Source: Chrysomallon squamiferum (taxonomy: Eukaryota; Animalia; Mollusca). Taken from it: a stretch of DNA of 64,000 nt. The notes below the pieces were generated by a model. The model made no database searches. It worked only from the letters and a program-made list of their open reading frames with translations, and was not told where the DNA came from. Made by a program: the position numbers and the translations under genes. The stretch is taken from assembly GCA_012295275.1 (NCBI GenBank), contig CM022672.1:11594001-11658000 (forward strand). Direction: 5' to 3'. This document shows positions 1 through 14,894 of the stretch, piece by piece. The stretch's first letter is position 1. The number at the start of each line of letters is the position of its first letter.

Positions 1-411
1 CCAGGCGGCAAATTTGGTTGCCAGAAATGTTTTTTTGTGATAAATGTACGCCAGTCTAACTTGTACTGATTTATTAATTCGTAATATTCAACATTCACGA
101 AGTTTACCAACTCCTTTAGTTATTATTGAACTAAATAAATATAGCGGAAAAAAAAGAACATGTACATGATACTTTTTTTTTTGATAGATTCTAAGATTGA
201 TGCACGATCATGATGATCTGTGACTTACGAAGTTATGTCATCATACATGATGATGATACAGTGATATACTATATTAATTTATTATATCCCCCAAAATGCA
301 AACATTAAAACTGCATAAGGTTATAAACGGTTCAAAGTATCTAATTTATAGTATGACATTTTTATTTCTAATAAATATTTATTTTACTGAGTTTCTTATG
401 AACAGTAAATA

Positions 412-3400
412 ATGTCACAGACAGCATTTTTAGAGGATGTTATTGGCTGGAGTGAAGAAAAATGTCAACAAAACCTAGATGAAACATTACCGAGATTGAT
501 TGTATCCTTGAGATTTTCACTATCACCTCAGTTAATGATTTTCATCAGGAAAAGTATTTCTTAGATTGATTTATAGTTATTACATTATGATTATATAATC
601 TACACATATTATACATGTAATTAGTAATATAAATATGCATCACAAATTAGAGAGAGACAGAGGCAGTATGTAAGATATGTTAGTAATATTATCTGAGTGA
701 ATTTCTAATTTTTTATTTTATTTTAAGCATAGTTCACAATATATAAATGATTATTTGAGGTTTTCCTTAACAGTGATTTCAGTCTACTTTAGGTGATGTC
801 AACACTCTAGAAGAAACAGTTGGTAAGATTTGGTTTAGCAATATGTTTGACCATTATGATTGTTGGAATCTGTTTTGTAATAAAATGTATTATAATACAT
901 ATGTTTGTAAAATTTGTCATATTTAATAATTTTTTATAATACAAAACAAAAACACAGACTTTTTAAATGACATTGTTAAGAAGCAGAAATATTTTATACA
1001 ATACATCAGTAAAATAGTCCTTAGAATTTTTTATCTTTTTTTTCTTCTATTTCAGGAATCCTTAAAATCATTTGTCAGACCTTTTTGCCCCTTGTGAAAC
1101 AACATGAAGCAGAAGATAGAGTTTTCAGCAAAATATCAAGATTGGTAAATTATCCTGAACACCAAGTTTATTATTCTCAAAGAAATATTTTCAGATAAAT
1201 ACTAATAAAATAAGGAAGAACATTATGTGGTGATTGAGTATATCTTAACCAACATATTTGCAAGCTAGCTTATAGTTTTGGGATGGTTTATACAAACTTT
1301 GCTTCAAGAAAAAATGTTAAATAAAACCACTTGCAGGCTATGTGTATAAGCTGTCTATGAAATATACCTGGATTTTGAGTTGTCACTTAGATCCCATTTT
1401 CAGGCTTATTTCCAGCATTTCAAATTTCTGGTAATATGCATTTCAGATAATGTAATATGATTGATCTTTATCATGATTACGCATTCACAGTAATTAATAT
1501 TTGAAATATTTTAATTTTTCATCACTGATCATGAGTGATATTATATATGTGTATTTTTTTTGGGGGGGTTCTATTATTTTTTAAAAGGTTTTGGAGTAAG
1601 AAAGAATTATATTTTCAGGCATGTACAAAGTTTGATGAAATATTTGAGAAAATTTCTGAGCTACCTGCAGTTAATGAAAATGTACCACTGATAAGTTCCT
1701 TTCTTGAGGTAACATTAGTTATGTTATGTTCTTATCATTTGGGTTTATAGCTCGTTAACTATTTAGAAAGAGTAGTTAAAAGGGTGTTTCTTTTCAAAGT
1801 AAATTATTGGTACTGACAAGAAAGAATTATATAATTTTTTTATAATATTTAATTCATCCTTTTATTTATTTCTGACAATATCCTTGATATTATTATTTTT
1901 TGATTGTTGTTGTTACAGTATTGTTAATATTTTTGGTTGATGTATTTTAAGTCTATAATTACATATAGACATTTTGAAAAAAATACATCATCATATTTAT
2001 TCCAAAAAAGAATCTTGATAGAATATAATAAACATTGATTAGTGCTGCTTTTGTAACAAATTGGATAATTGATTTCTTTTTTTGTTATCTATTTCAGATG
2101 GTCTTTGACATTTTAGATTGCATTGATAACTGTATTAAGTCAGTTAACAGCTATGAAAACCTCCATATCTGTCATATTCACTCTCTACCAAGCTGCACAA
2201 TTCATCTACTTAAAGGAACATACACTCACTGCAAGGTACACTGATTACATTCTAACATGAAATATACCTTCATTTATTTTCATAATTCAGTCTAAGTTTT
2301 ATTCAGTCAGTATGTGTGTATGTATATATATATATATTGTTGATGTTATTAACAAGAACTTGCTGTAATATGAAATGTACTTATGATTTAATTTAACTTT
2401 GTTTTTTAGGGCAGTGCCGACTTATATCAAGATCTACTGAGTACTCTTTCGGAATCTCTCTCTATGCTATTTCGTAAAGCTCATACAGTACAAATGGTAG
2501 TTTCAGAACTGTCTGTATTTCATTTAACTTTATAATTATTATTTTCAAAAAGTAGTTTTGAATTTAAAATTGTGTGGATGCTTTGGTCATTTTATTGTTT
2601 TCTATGATGTGAACATCTTTCATGCAGGATGCAAGGGATCTTAATTCTTGGAGTAAAATGAATATTTGAAAATTAAAATTTTTTCTTATTTCTTCATTTT
2701 TTTATATATATATAATTTTTAATTAAGTACATAAAAAACTATTTTATTAAATCTTCAGGCATTCCTAAATATGTTTGACAAAGTCATTGTTTTGTACAAT
2801 GGAGAAGAAACAAAAGATTTATGTGAAGGTAATTTGTGTTGATATTCCCAGCTTGCTTTTTTTCATTTTAATATCCTTGATTTTATTTAAAATATTAGTA
2901 AATGGCCAGTTATTTAAATATTACAGTCTTTTAAAAAGTTTTTCAGTAGATAACTTGATTAGATGGTATTGCTTTCTGTAGCTATATTGACATTGTGACT
3001 TTACTGCCTTGCAATCTTTTTATGGATATTTTCCTTTTTTTACTGAAAAAAAACACCTCATAGTTTTTATATTTTATATTTTATTTTTATTGTTACTACT
3101 TTATTTCATTTTTCGTGTTTTTTTAGTTTGTGAAGGTCTGTTTGAAGTTTGCCAAATAGTGACATCACTTGATGTCAAAGTTGTTGTCAGTATTTGGAAA
3201 GCAATTTCAAGGTAACTCTTAATAGCTCTTTGGATTAATTGTTGGTTAGTTTAATATTTATATTACAAACACTGATTTATATTTTAGAATAAATTTCGGT
3301 TTAGTCTGCTATTTATATATATTACCTCAATTATTATTTGAGTTTTCATGTAAACATTATTTCTTCTTTATTTGTTTTTCATTGATTATATTTTGTTTAT

Positions 3401-6400
3401 ATTATAAAATTATTTTTATCTTATAAACTAGTAATGGGTGTAACAAAGACATAGTAGGTAGTTAATTCAGAATATTATATGATGATAATTATACAGTAAG
3501 TTGATAATCCTTTTTTTTTTTAAATCTATTTTAATTTTGTTTATCTGTTATTTATTAAGAATTACATCACGGTACAAAGACATTTTAAGTAACAAGCTGA
3601 CTGTGCACAGGATGATTATTTTTCTGTGTCAGGAAATCTGTGCTGGTTATGAGTATCTTTTTCAACTGGCTCCTAGAGTTGATGCTACAGGCAAGGTAAT
3701 AAACTCTTTAATGAAAAGTAAATAATAAATTATTAATATTAATGTTGTTATTGAAATTATTGATTAAAGGATATTTAAGTTTTAATGGAAATTTATTTAT
3801 AATAATCATTTTTAAAATCTTTCTTCAGTATTAAATAATTAATTTCTTAAAACCATTTACATTTAATGTTAGGAAATTGTTCAGATATGATTTGTGATTT
3901 ACTGTAATTTATTTTCAGATCATTTCTGCAGGTGATGAAAAATCATTCAAAAAATCTATGAAGATTCTTGCTTTCTATATGAAAATTTTGGTGATGTTTA
4001 TTACTGACTACAGAGACCTTTTAGGAGATAGTGTGAATGATATTTTTAATCTACTGCTCTGTGTTTTAAAGTATGTTTTACTTGCTATAATTATTTCATT
4101 GAAAGAAAACTAACGTTATATGACAAAATAAAGAATTGGTTAAAATACAAACACACATATAAAAAATAGTTTTAAATTTGAATTTTATGTCTTAATTTCA
4201 TTTCAGTCCTATAATTAATAATTTTGATTTATTAACATATTAAATTTTTGGCAACTCCTGATAATTTTAAGATAAATCTTAAATTATGTTTCAGATCAGT
4301 GTGTAAGTTTGAATTTTGGTTTGTTGATATAAAATTTTTCTCAGAATTGCTTTATTTGATATTGTTAGAATGTTGCCACCAAGCTTATCAAGACCAAAGA
4401 TTTCTGAAGTATACATGACTGAAATAAAGCTCAATATTGGTGATGCAGTGGAACCTTTTGTGGAAAATCTTATTCTTGATCACAGTTTCATTAAATGTTT
4501 TATGGAAACAGAAAATGGTAACTCTTGTAATCATTTATAAATTAAACATTTAATATAACATTTTGTTAAATTTTGTTAATTTTATAATATCTTAATCAAT
4601 TTAAAATCCTAATTTCTATCAAATATCAGTCTATTCTTTTTCTTAATTAAATGTTCATTTATTGTAACAAGGCATCCTTCAGCAAAAACATTTTTTTTAA
4701 AAAATCCTAATAATTATTTTATGTATTTCAGATGCGTCCAAAGATTTGAGATTACCAAGACTGCTTCTTCTAATAAAAATTTTTAGATATGCTGCCCAAT
4801 TTCTCTGGTATTATAATATAGTATTACATGAATACTCCAGTAATTAGCATGTAATTGTTATTTTCAAATATTTTCTCCATGCCTAATGGCTAATAAATAA
4901 AATTTCAACATTTTTCTCAAGTGAGCATTTGTTTATAATGATAAGGAGTAAATCTTGCTTTTTAATGACAGTTATTTTTTATTATTATTTTACTTTTTAT
5001 TTACAATAACGTGAGAAATTTAGTCTGTGAATTTACAAGATATGCTCACTTTATTATAATAATTTATAATTAGCAACGATTGCCTTCTAGTTAAAATAAT
5101 CTAGTTAAAATGTTGACAGTTAAACAATTGTATTCATTGCTTATATATACTGGGTATACAAGTGATATAAATTTTTGCTAAAATGTGTATCTATGGAACC
5201 TTTGTTTTAGATGAAGAAGTAAAATGTTGGTTCCCTCCTAGTTCAGAAAAAGACAATTGTAATTGTGATGACATTATGACAGTAATTTTTAGAAGCTTTG
5301 GACAGTGTAAGTTCTTAGAAATAATTAAATAATAGCTAATGTTTGTTTTGTTGGGTTTTTTTTTTTTTTTTAAATGGTGACATAATATAGTTTTAATAGT
5401 TTATCTCTTTCAAGCCAAAATATGCTATTATTATTCAGTTTATACCATGAGATTTGTTTTGCTAAAGAAGAGGTTAATGAAGTATATCTGTTCTTTTGAT
5501 AATTTTATTACTCTTGATTATATTATTATCTTCAGGTTTTGTAGAACTTGCATTTCCTGTCTTCCTTCCTGCTCTTACGTCAAATGGTAATCAACAAAGG
5601 TATGTTAAATTTACAGTCATGTAATTATATTCATAAAACAAAAAATAAATTATATGCCACTCCATAAACGTAAATGTATGTCATATTTACAGAATGTAAT
5701 ATTGTTGTGATGAATCATTAATTGAATTTTAAAAAATAACATTATTGGTTTATTAATACAGTGAATAAATTGGTAAAGTGAATTAGTAGGTAGACAGATA
5801 ATTATAAACAAGTATTTCCATCTCTCAAATATTGTTTATATAATTTGAAATAACTAACTAAAATAAACTTCCAAAATTTACTACGTTTTGAAATGTACAA
5901 AATTTATAAATCGTTACTATTGTTATTGGTTTTTTCTTTTTTGTATTTTTTTGTTTTTGGTAAAAAAACAAGGGATGTGAGTTTGTATGAATATGTTTAC
6001 ACCAGACTCTGCAGATACATCATGAGTTTTCCAGCCAGATATTTCTCAGTGTTGGTAAGTTTAAGAATTTTAGTTTTCATATAACAAAAAATGTTCACAA
6101 TGTAAAGAAGAAATGACTGATGTTTAAAGAGGTCATAATATTAAGTTGGTAACTTGAAAAATAGAGTAGTTACACAACAGTGATCAGTCAGCCATAAGCA
6201 TTGTGAGTGTGTGCTTGCACCTGTATATGTTAGAATATTAATATTTGTATTATTATTGTTAGTGGCATCCCCAAATGAATTTTTAAAAATTACAAATGAC
6301 TGTTCATTGCATGATAGTGATTATTTTACAAATTTACAAATATTATCATTGATAACAAATGTTGTTCCTATTTTTAGGAAAAATGTCTTTTTCAACATGC

Positions 6401-9400
6401 ATTTTCAAACAATCCATTTGTGTATCTTTTGGCTGTTGATTGCTGGTGTTTTGTAATCAGGTAAATCAAATATTTTTAATCATTATTTTAAAATAGTTTG
6501 GTATTCAATTCATAATGAGAAACAAGTATTTAGTTTCATAGGGAAAAAAAAATCTTTTGTCCAGTCAACTATTCCTTACACAGATTACCAGGAACAAACC
6601 ATAATAATCTGTTAGGTTTATATATAATGAGAAAAACATTCAGTAAACTTTGTAACAATTTTAACTTAATATTCATAACTATACCAGTGAAATTCACTGA
6701 GCAAAATGAACAAAAGTTGGTTTTTAGAGGTTTTCAGTTTTTGGATAATTTGTTTACTTTTTTTCTTTTTTGTTGTTGTTTCAGGTGCAGTAATACAGAT
6801 CTTTGTAATAAACATATCATGTTGCTTTGTCATCTCCACAAGACTGTTCACTGTACAAGTCTGCAGTCTTTTAGGTCATCACAGATAGGAAATGTCATAC
6901 ACAGGCTGGCTAAATTTCTTTCACCAGAACACCAGGTAGGAAAGATAATTAGGTTTCTCAAATATATTAGTTACATATATACAGTTTACTTTTAACAACA
7001 GGAACAGAAGTTCAGTAATGTCTGAATGAAATTTATTTATTTTTATTTTTATTTTATTTTTATTTTTATTTTTATTTTTATTTTTATTTTTATTTTTATT
7101 TTTTTTTTTTTTTTTTTTTTTAATAAATTTTGTTTGCTTAAGATGACTTATTTGTTAGTGTATTTATTTTTTGAGAAAATGTTCTCATTGCTTTAATATT
7201 ATTATGATCCTAGTTCCAGTTAAACATTCATTGATGTTCTTTAGTTCTTTTATTGCTTTATGGGTAATATTACTGTCAGTTAAATTTACCCCATTTTTAT
7301 GCATTTGTTAATTGGTTTTAAAATTATGTTTATCTACCAAATAATCAGAGGTTTTTGTTTTTGTGGAAGCAACTAAGTAATCTTTTTTAAATTTATTATC
7401 AAGCAAAACCTTCCAAAGATGTTTGTTCCAAGAGACAATCTGGCATTATGGACAGATTTACCAGTTTCCAGTATGTGTGATGCAGTGTTTCCTCATCTTG
7501 CAGAAGAACTTTTTACCTGCTGTACAAAAATACTTAATAACTGGACAAAGTTATCAACTGTGAGACAAAAAGACATACCTTCTGTGGTAAGAAAATGAAT
7601 TCTCTCTCAAAATATTTTTAATAAAGAAGCATTATTGTTACTGTTCTTTCAGTACCATTTGTATTCAGATTCCAGCTCTTAATTTCTCCAAAGCTGTACC
7701 TTAAAAAATATGGGTTTTAGAATGTTTTAAAAAGAAATAAATGCTTCTAATTCTAATTCCTGTGTGTTCCAGTATTTAAGTTTTCAGGAAGGATATATGA
7801 TTTTTGTAAGTTTTTATTTCTTTCTTTTGTGGCTGTGCTTTAATTTTTTTTTTTAATTTTTTTTTTCCAGATTGTATCATTACGGTGTTTAAACAGTCTG
7901 TTCATGAATTCTTCTTTTGTGAAACAGCACATTGTGCCAAAACAACAGCAGCAGTTAGTGGGCACAGTCTGTGGTATTTGGAAGGAGCTGTATTGCAATA
8001 ATTGGAACTTATCTCCACTTCTCAGTTTTATGCTTTCTTCTCTTTTTTCACTTAGCTCACATCTGATAATGTTATTTCAAACTCCTGATCTGTTACAGGT
8101 GTGTTCTTTTTTCAAAATATTTTCTCAGTCATTTATTTTTTATTTTTTTTATTTTTAAAAAATTCTTTTAGTCTTATTATTTTATTTGTTTGTTTTTAAT
8201 TTTTTTATAATTACTATAATTTTTTTTTTTTTGGTTTCTAAACAAATTTCTTTTTCTTTTTTTAAATGTAACATTTTGACATAAGACATTTAGTTTTTGA
8301 TTATTCTAAAAGAAATAAAAATAATAATTTAATACTATTAATAAAAAAGATTATTTTATCTGCTTATTTACGTATCATAGTTTTTCATTTTTCTTTTACA
8401 CTCTGGTTATAACCTTTTATTTTGGTAAACCAAAAAAGATTTAACTGAAATAAATGATATAGAGATTTAAAGATAGGTAATATAATAAAAGTGAATATAT
8501 TTGTGAAATTCCTTGGAATATGTTTGCAAAAAAGAAATACAATTTCAGGTTAATGATTTATATAAACTGAAGATTATTTCATTAATTGGAATACAAAGAT
8601 TTTTTTTTTAAATTATAGATATTCATTATTAAACTCACTACTGATGAAATTTTTATTTTTATTTTACTTATGTGTGTTCTTTAATATTATACAGAACTTT
8701 CCTATTTTGTTAATTTCAGATACTTTCTCTCACACAAAAGGTTCTTTCTCAGCAACCACCTGTGTTTGTAAGATTATCTAGTGCAAAATTCTTACAGAAT
8801 TGTGGATTACTTCAGATACCACCAAATATCCAGGTTTGTATTAATCCAAATTCTTGTTATTAATTTCATTATTTTTTATATGTTTAAAAATGTTCTCTGA
8901 AATAAATTGAAATGACTCACAAAAAGTAAGTGGTTTTCATTAGAAAAGATTAGTAGCTTAGAATATTATAATCACATTTCATTAGCAGTAATTTTTTTCT
9001 TTGTTTTCTTTATATTATTAATAATACTTTTTCTTTTTACATTTTGAAAAGCAATTACAGATACTGAACAAAATTTCCTGTATGTTCAGAACTCTCTTAC
9101 TGGATTCCAACTGCTTTGTTCACCATGAGACACTTTCTGCATTTTCAAAGTTTGCTGAAGCCACAGTTCATGAGTCTGTAGTTCCAGAATGTATTGGGAA
9201 CAATTCACACCTTCAGAAAGCAGTGATTTCTTTCTTGAACAAGGTATGCATTTTATGAATATCATATTGATAAAAATACAAATAAGATGATCAAGTATCT
9301 TATGTTCTTTACAAACAGTAAAAATTATCATTAGCCTCAAGTCAGATTAAGAAAGTAAAATGTACTGAAGTATTTATTTTATTTATTCACTAATGTATAA

Positions 9401-10621
9401 TACTTTAATTTAAAAAAAAAATTAAATTAAAAATTGTGTGAATATTTATTCTTTATGTGTGTTATTTATACATAAAACATGTGAGGAATGTGTTGTTAAA
9501 TTCTTGTTTTTCCAAGTATTTTAATTTAATTTTTTTTCTTGTCCTAAATTTATTTAAACAGGTTTTAAATTTGAAGTTAAATAAAATTTTGAATATGACT
9601 GTCTAAAAGTTCCAACTTTTGCAATGATTCAAAAACAATTTTGCAATGCATTCACAATGAAATGCAAAATATGTAATTTTAAAAAATCATTTGTATTAAT
9701 TTTTACATTTTAGGTCTCTTACCAACCTAGTGAATATTTAATTGACAAAGAGAAATATTTGTCTTCTCAGATAAATGAAATGTGTTATTCACAAAATCAA
9801 AGAGAAACAGTTACAACAGAAAAAACATCTGAAGTGAGTTTTTCATTTAGTAGCAATTTTGTGCTGTTAGAAAGAATTGTCTGTAGCCTAATTCTGAAGA
9901 TCCTATTGATTTAAAAAAAAAAAAAAGTAAATTATGAGTACAAACAACAACAAAAATGCAAATCATGAAGATATGTTTCATACTGTACTTTTAAGAATGA
10001 ATCTTCTAATAAATGTATTAACTGCAGCTGCACAGGGGATTTCAGAAAATTTTATTTGTGTCACAAACATTTATTTCCTCTATAATTTGCTATCAATGAA
10101 TTATAGATAAATGTCAATTTTCTAATTGTCATTCAAATTTAAATCTTGTATTGAAAAAACTCATCAATGAAGAATAAACAATAGTACATTTAAATTTTTT
10201 TTTTTTTTAAATGCATTCACTTGTAATTGAAACATCTCATTTAAAATTTAACTTTCACTTTTTCTCCTTTTTAGCCTGAAAGAAAACGTTTGAAACTGGA
10301 ATTTTGCCAAATAAAAGATGTATGTCAAATTTTTTCTTTTATATTTAAAAAAAAAATCATTTGTGTACCTGAATTATCTACATACATATATAAAATTGCT
10401 TTCTACCTGTCCTTTATGCATATCTGCTCATTTGTAAATTCGTTCTGGATTAAGAATATTTTAATTCTCTTTTTCAGAATGATTATAAAAAAGTTTTGGA
10501 AGATCTACAATCAGTCTGCACTCGATTAAAACAACTTTCTTCAGCCAGAGAACCACCAGAAGGGTTTCTTCAAAGTTGTGGCTCCATTTTGGAACAGATG
10601 TTACAAACTGCTAAAAAATAG
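412..10621 (+). CDS. FIRRM: FIGNL1-interacting regulator of recombination and mitosis (C1orf112/FIRRM) orthologue, multi-exon (~24 coding exons)
   Basis: Spliced by hand: exons 412-501, 783-822, 1056-1144, 1619-1708, 2098-2235, then further GT-AG exons (not all boundaries resolved) to the last exon ~10478-10621 (TAG). Peptides HICHIHSLPSCTIHLLKGTYTHCK, DVSLYEYVYTRLCRYIMSFPARYF and HETLSAFSKFAEATVHESVVPECI align, in order, with human C1orf112 segments as I recall them (ENIQSLPSSVLHIIKSTFVHCK, VTLYQHVCVHLCTFITSFHPSLF, QHTLEAFTQFAEGTNHEEIVPQCL). Confidence 0.9.
502..782 (+). other. U12-type (minor spliceosome) GT-AG intron in FIRRM
   Basis: 5' site GTATCCTT at 502; branch-point consensus TTCCTTAAC at 763-771; AG at 781-782 about 10 nt later with no polypyrimidine tract; splicing keeps the reading frame. 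Confidence 0.88.
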
Positions 10622-11653
10622 TTCCTTAATTTCAGGCTGCTTCTGAACTCCACAGTAATACTTGTCTGTTTATTCTGATTTCTGTTCAAAAAAGGAAATT
10701 CTATTTATTCAGCAAAAAATATACCAGTATCATTATTTAAAAGCTGGATGGAGACTGATGTATTAGTAATTAGTATATGCAACATATCAGACTTAAAAAT
10801 TTATAATAATCAGTAATGATGGTTTACATTTTTGTGACAAAGACTGAATTGTCACGTGTAATATTTATTAAATTAAGTGGAATATAATGTATATTAAAAA
10901 GATTACTGCTAGCAGTCATTATTTATTCATTTGCTTCTAATATTTTACATATCACTGTCTAATTATCCATATTAATACATTTTAACAATAAAGTTGTTCA
11001 TAAAGACACTGAAAAGGTAAATAGGTTCTTATTCTTTTAGACTAGTTAAAAGAAAAAATGGCCTAGATTATTGCATGCAAGTTCTTTGATATAAATAAAA
11101 GAAATTTCGCATTATTATACTAAAAGATTTTCTTTAGACCAAGATTAGGTATAAAATGCTGGCTCCAATTTAATTTCAGTTGGTACACACTGTGAATCTC
11201 AAACAGGATTGTGATGCAGACCACTGAGCACAGTATTGATTCTCAAAACACATTTCCCATAATTGAATTATGAATGTATGTGTATGCATTACTGTTCAAT
11301 AAGAATCTGGCATCTGTTAAATATCTGATGGTTCCTAAATTGAGGACACTGTTTTAAACACATTTAGCAGAGATGCAGCTGAAAGAATTTTGTTTTGTGA
11401 AAATTTTTATTGATATAATATTTTTGAAAAATTTAATTTTTAAGACAATTCATAGCAATATGAAATACCATCATAATCTTCTTTACTTCAACACAGTAAT
11501 AAAGCCATAATATTTCTGGCAATCTTAAATTCACTGATGCTGTTGGCTCTAACAACAGTTTGTAAGACATTACTGTCAAACCCTGTGTGTTCATCTTGTT
11601 GGTGCCATAGTTACTGGCTCAGCTGAAACAGTTGATAAAACAGTTATTTGTCT

Positions 11654-14600
11654 TCATCCTCCATGCAGTGTTGATATGAATACAATTCGATCGTTTGGCT
11701 GAATTTCATATTCAAGCTCTCCCTGAAATAATATTTTTATTATTTTATTTATAAGAAAACTTATTTATTAAAATTATTTAAAGCAAAAATTGAACAGCAA
11801 ACCAATTTGCAGTTGTACTTTAATTTAAAGAAAATACAGTGTGTAATCAGGATATTTCTTATTTGGTGACAAAAATTATCTGATAAATTTAACTACTGCT
11901 GACCATTATAAACATTTATTAACAATTTTGCTAAAAATACTAATGAAAATTAAAAAAAAAAAAATTGTTTTAGCACAATGACTATTTGTATCATTTCAAA
12001 AACAAATAAATTATGTTTACTCTTCAAACAAAAAACAGCCATAATATTTCTGAAAATTTGTTACATTATTAGATTAACAAGTAAGAACAATTTTCTTATT
12101 GACAAAAACTGACATGTTCAGAAGATGATTATTTAAAATGTTAGAAGTTTATAACCTTTGTCAAAAGGCTTCTGCTTTAAACAGATAAATTAGAATGCAG
12201 TTTAAGAAAGATTAACTGATGAATACCATATGTATTTATATGGAAAATTGTATATCAAAATATTATCATTTAGTTGTCACTTGAATGCAGTTACAAATAA
12301 GCCAAAAATAATAAAAGAGTGTGCATACTACTAATTCCCAGTCTGCATCATTTACAAGTACAAGGATTCCAGGTCTCCTGAAAATGTAAAAAAAAAATTG
12401 AATAAATAAAATAACCATACATGTTCACTGTATTTGATTTGTACAAACACAAGAAATGTTTACGAATTTTTTTTCTTCAGTATATACCTACAGGTTCCAA
12501 TATGTTAAAAATAATTTTCACACATAAAATAAGTACCTTTCATAATCTTTTTATCTCATTAAAATAAAGAAAAAACCAACACAGAGACAAATATAGGCAG
12601 TTTGTTCATAATAAACTGGTTCTGATGTTACAGCAGTATTCTAAGTTGGAAGATAACTTTATTAATAATGAATATAGAAGCTAAATGCAGGTCAGATGTT
12701 GGCTGATATGTAACGAGAACTGGTCCACTCCCCTTAGTCCTTCATTTAGCTTTTCCTGTTTGTCATGCCCCCCAGTTTGTTTATCAAAGGTGATAAGTGA
12801 TAGGTGTTGTTAACATTTGAATGAAGAAAATAGGCATACATGTACATTGTATTGGATTTGTACAATCAAGAAATTTTTTCATTTTTTTTAATACATACAT
12901 AGTGATACACATACAGGTCCTAATATCTTCAAAATTATCTTTTACTCAAACAGTTTCATAATAATTTTGCCCTCATTAAAATAAAGGCAAAACCAACACA
13001 AACAGGGAGTTTCTTAATGGTGAACTGGTTCTGTTGCTACAGCAGTATTCAAAACTGGAACATGCTTTATGTATTTATTCACATTATTAATGCTTTAATG
13101 CATAGTTAGAAAGCAAAGACTAGGAAGTTACACATACTGAAGCAATAATATTTTAACAGTATTCAGTATAGTTTGTTCACATGCAAAGATATTTTTGGCT
13201 TAATAAAGTAAAGAATGTGTGTGTGCCAACGGGCTAATAATTAGTAATTAGTAAACAATCTTACACAGAACTCCCTTGCACAAACAGTTCACGCCTCTCT
13301 TTTACTAAATTGTCACATATCCATGGCAACAAATCCTTAAGTTTCCCTGAAAAATAAATTTATAATAATTACTGAATGTAAATATTTGCTATCCACAGAA
13401 TGTTTTCATAAGATTACTTTAAGAAACTATAGTAAATATGTATGAAGTCACATATACTATGAACTGTTATTTAAAGATTAAGAAATTAGAATTGTCACAT
13501 TTTATCAATTGTGTGTGTTTACATTTTGGTGTGCAAGTATGATAATATAATTTTTGCTGATCCTGCTTTAAATTTAAGTAAAAAATAGAAAATAAATTGA
13601 ATAATATAAACTGAAAAATAATTGGCCCATTTGATACAATATTAAAGCATTAATTAATAGTTTATTGAATAGTAGCTAAAGAGAGCCTTTCATTTTATCA
13701 TAATAAAAGAAATGTTTTGGATCTGCACAAGACTGACATTTACTAATTTAATATTAAATATGCTTTTCATTCATCAATAATACTTACATGGAGAAGACTG
13801 TTCTGGTAGAATCACTTCATGTTTCTTCCTTTTATCAAACAACAATTCTGCACCACCACTGGAAATTTAAAACCATTCAAACTGACTTATTATTTGAGAG
13901 AAAATTATTTGTAAAGACATTTTATATTCACAATTTTTTTTATTATGTTTAAAATATGTTTCAAAGAAAAATTAATTTACAGACTAAAAACATTTCATTT
14001 TTCTGTTCCAAAGTTTACAATTTAATGTAATTATGCAGAACATTATTATCATTACTTGACTGAATAGATGTCTTCTAAAGCTATTTACAATATATTTGTT
14101 GTTAGTTGGTTTACATTTAAGTCCACTATAAAGCAAATGAATGCAAGTCCAATATAAAGCAAAATATATAAAAATTTAAAGCATTTTATAAATTCAGTAT
14201 GTAGCTGAAAACAAGCTATGATTAGATTACAGTAGTCAGCTAGCATCTTCATCTTTCTATTATTATTATTATCTAGCCATACAGTACTATTAGAAATATC
14301 ATTTAATATTATCAGACTTGACTGAATAAAAGAGGTGATTGTAGCTTTGCATTTAAATTCCTGGGAATAAATGGGACTTCACAAAATTATTTTCTTTCGT
14401 CCATCTGTGCCACTACTTCTTATTACAAGCCACGAAATATACTTTTTCGTTTTCGGTGACAGCAGCAGAATTTATCGCTATACAGAAACACCGATTTATT
14501 TGTTCTCTGATTAACATTCATAGAAAATAGCTGAAACTGATTAACAAAATCAGCGAGCTTTAACATATATATTTTTTTATTAACACTAACAGTACTGATC

Positions 14601-14894
14601 AGTTGTCTTAAGATAACAAGTCTAATTTTTCTATTCAGTTTCTGCTTGTTTTACGCTGTGCGTTCTACATTCAATATCATTCCGTCTAATTAACTATGAA
14701 AATATGAATATGAATACATACATACATACATACATACATACATACATACATACATTTATATATATAACACCAAACTGTTTCTTTTCTTATTTAATTATAA
14801 AGAATAATAATGAATGACAGAATGCACAGAACAAGAGAATACGTACAACCAAAATCCAAACAAACCTGAACTCCAACTTTACTGGAAGGCTCAT
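11654..14894 (-). CDS. URM1: Ubiquitin-related modifier 1, 5 coding exons, 99 aa
   Basis: Exons 14894-14866, 13858-13788, 13346-13265, 12377-12329, 11722-11654 (300 nt total) give [99 protein letters not shown], with the Urm1 hallmarks [21 protein letters not shown] and C-terminal STLHGG. Confidence 0.97.
12415..13065. repeat. Diverged ~230-bp direct duplication inside URM1 intron 3
   Basis: catacatgttcactgtatttgatttgtacaa...aactggttctgatgttacagcagtattc (~12415-12650) recurs as catacatgtacattgtattggatttgtacaa...aactggttctgttgctacagcagtattc (~12835-13060). Confidence 0.8.

Noticed and set aside
5-12. E2F-like site (TTTGCCGC on the minus strand) upstream of FIRRM
   Set aside because: Plausible for a cell-cycle gene, but it is a single 8-mer at the window edge with no mapped TSS.
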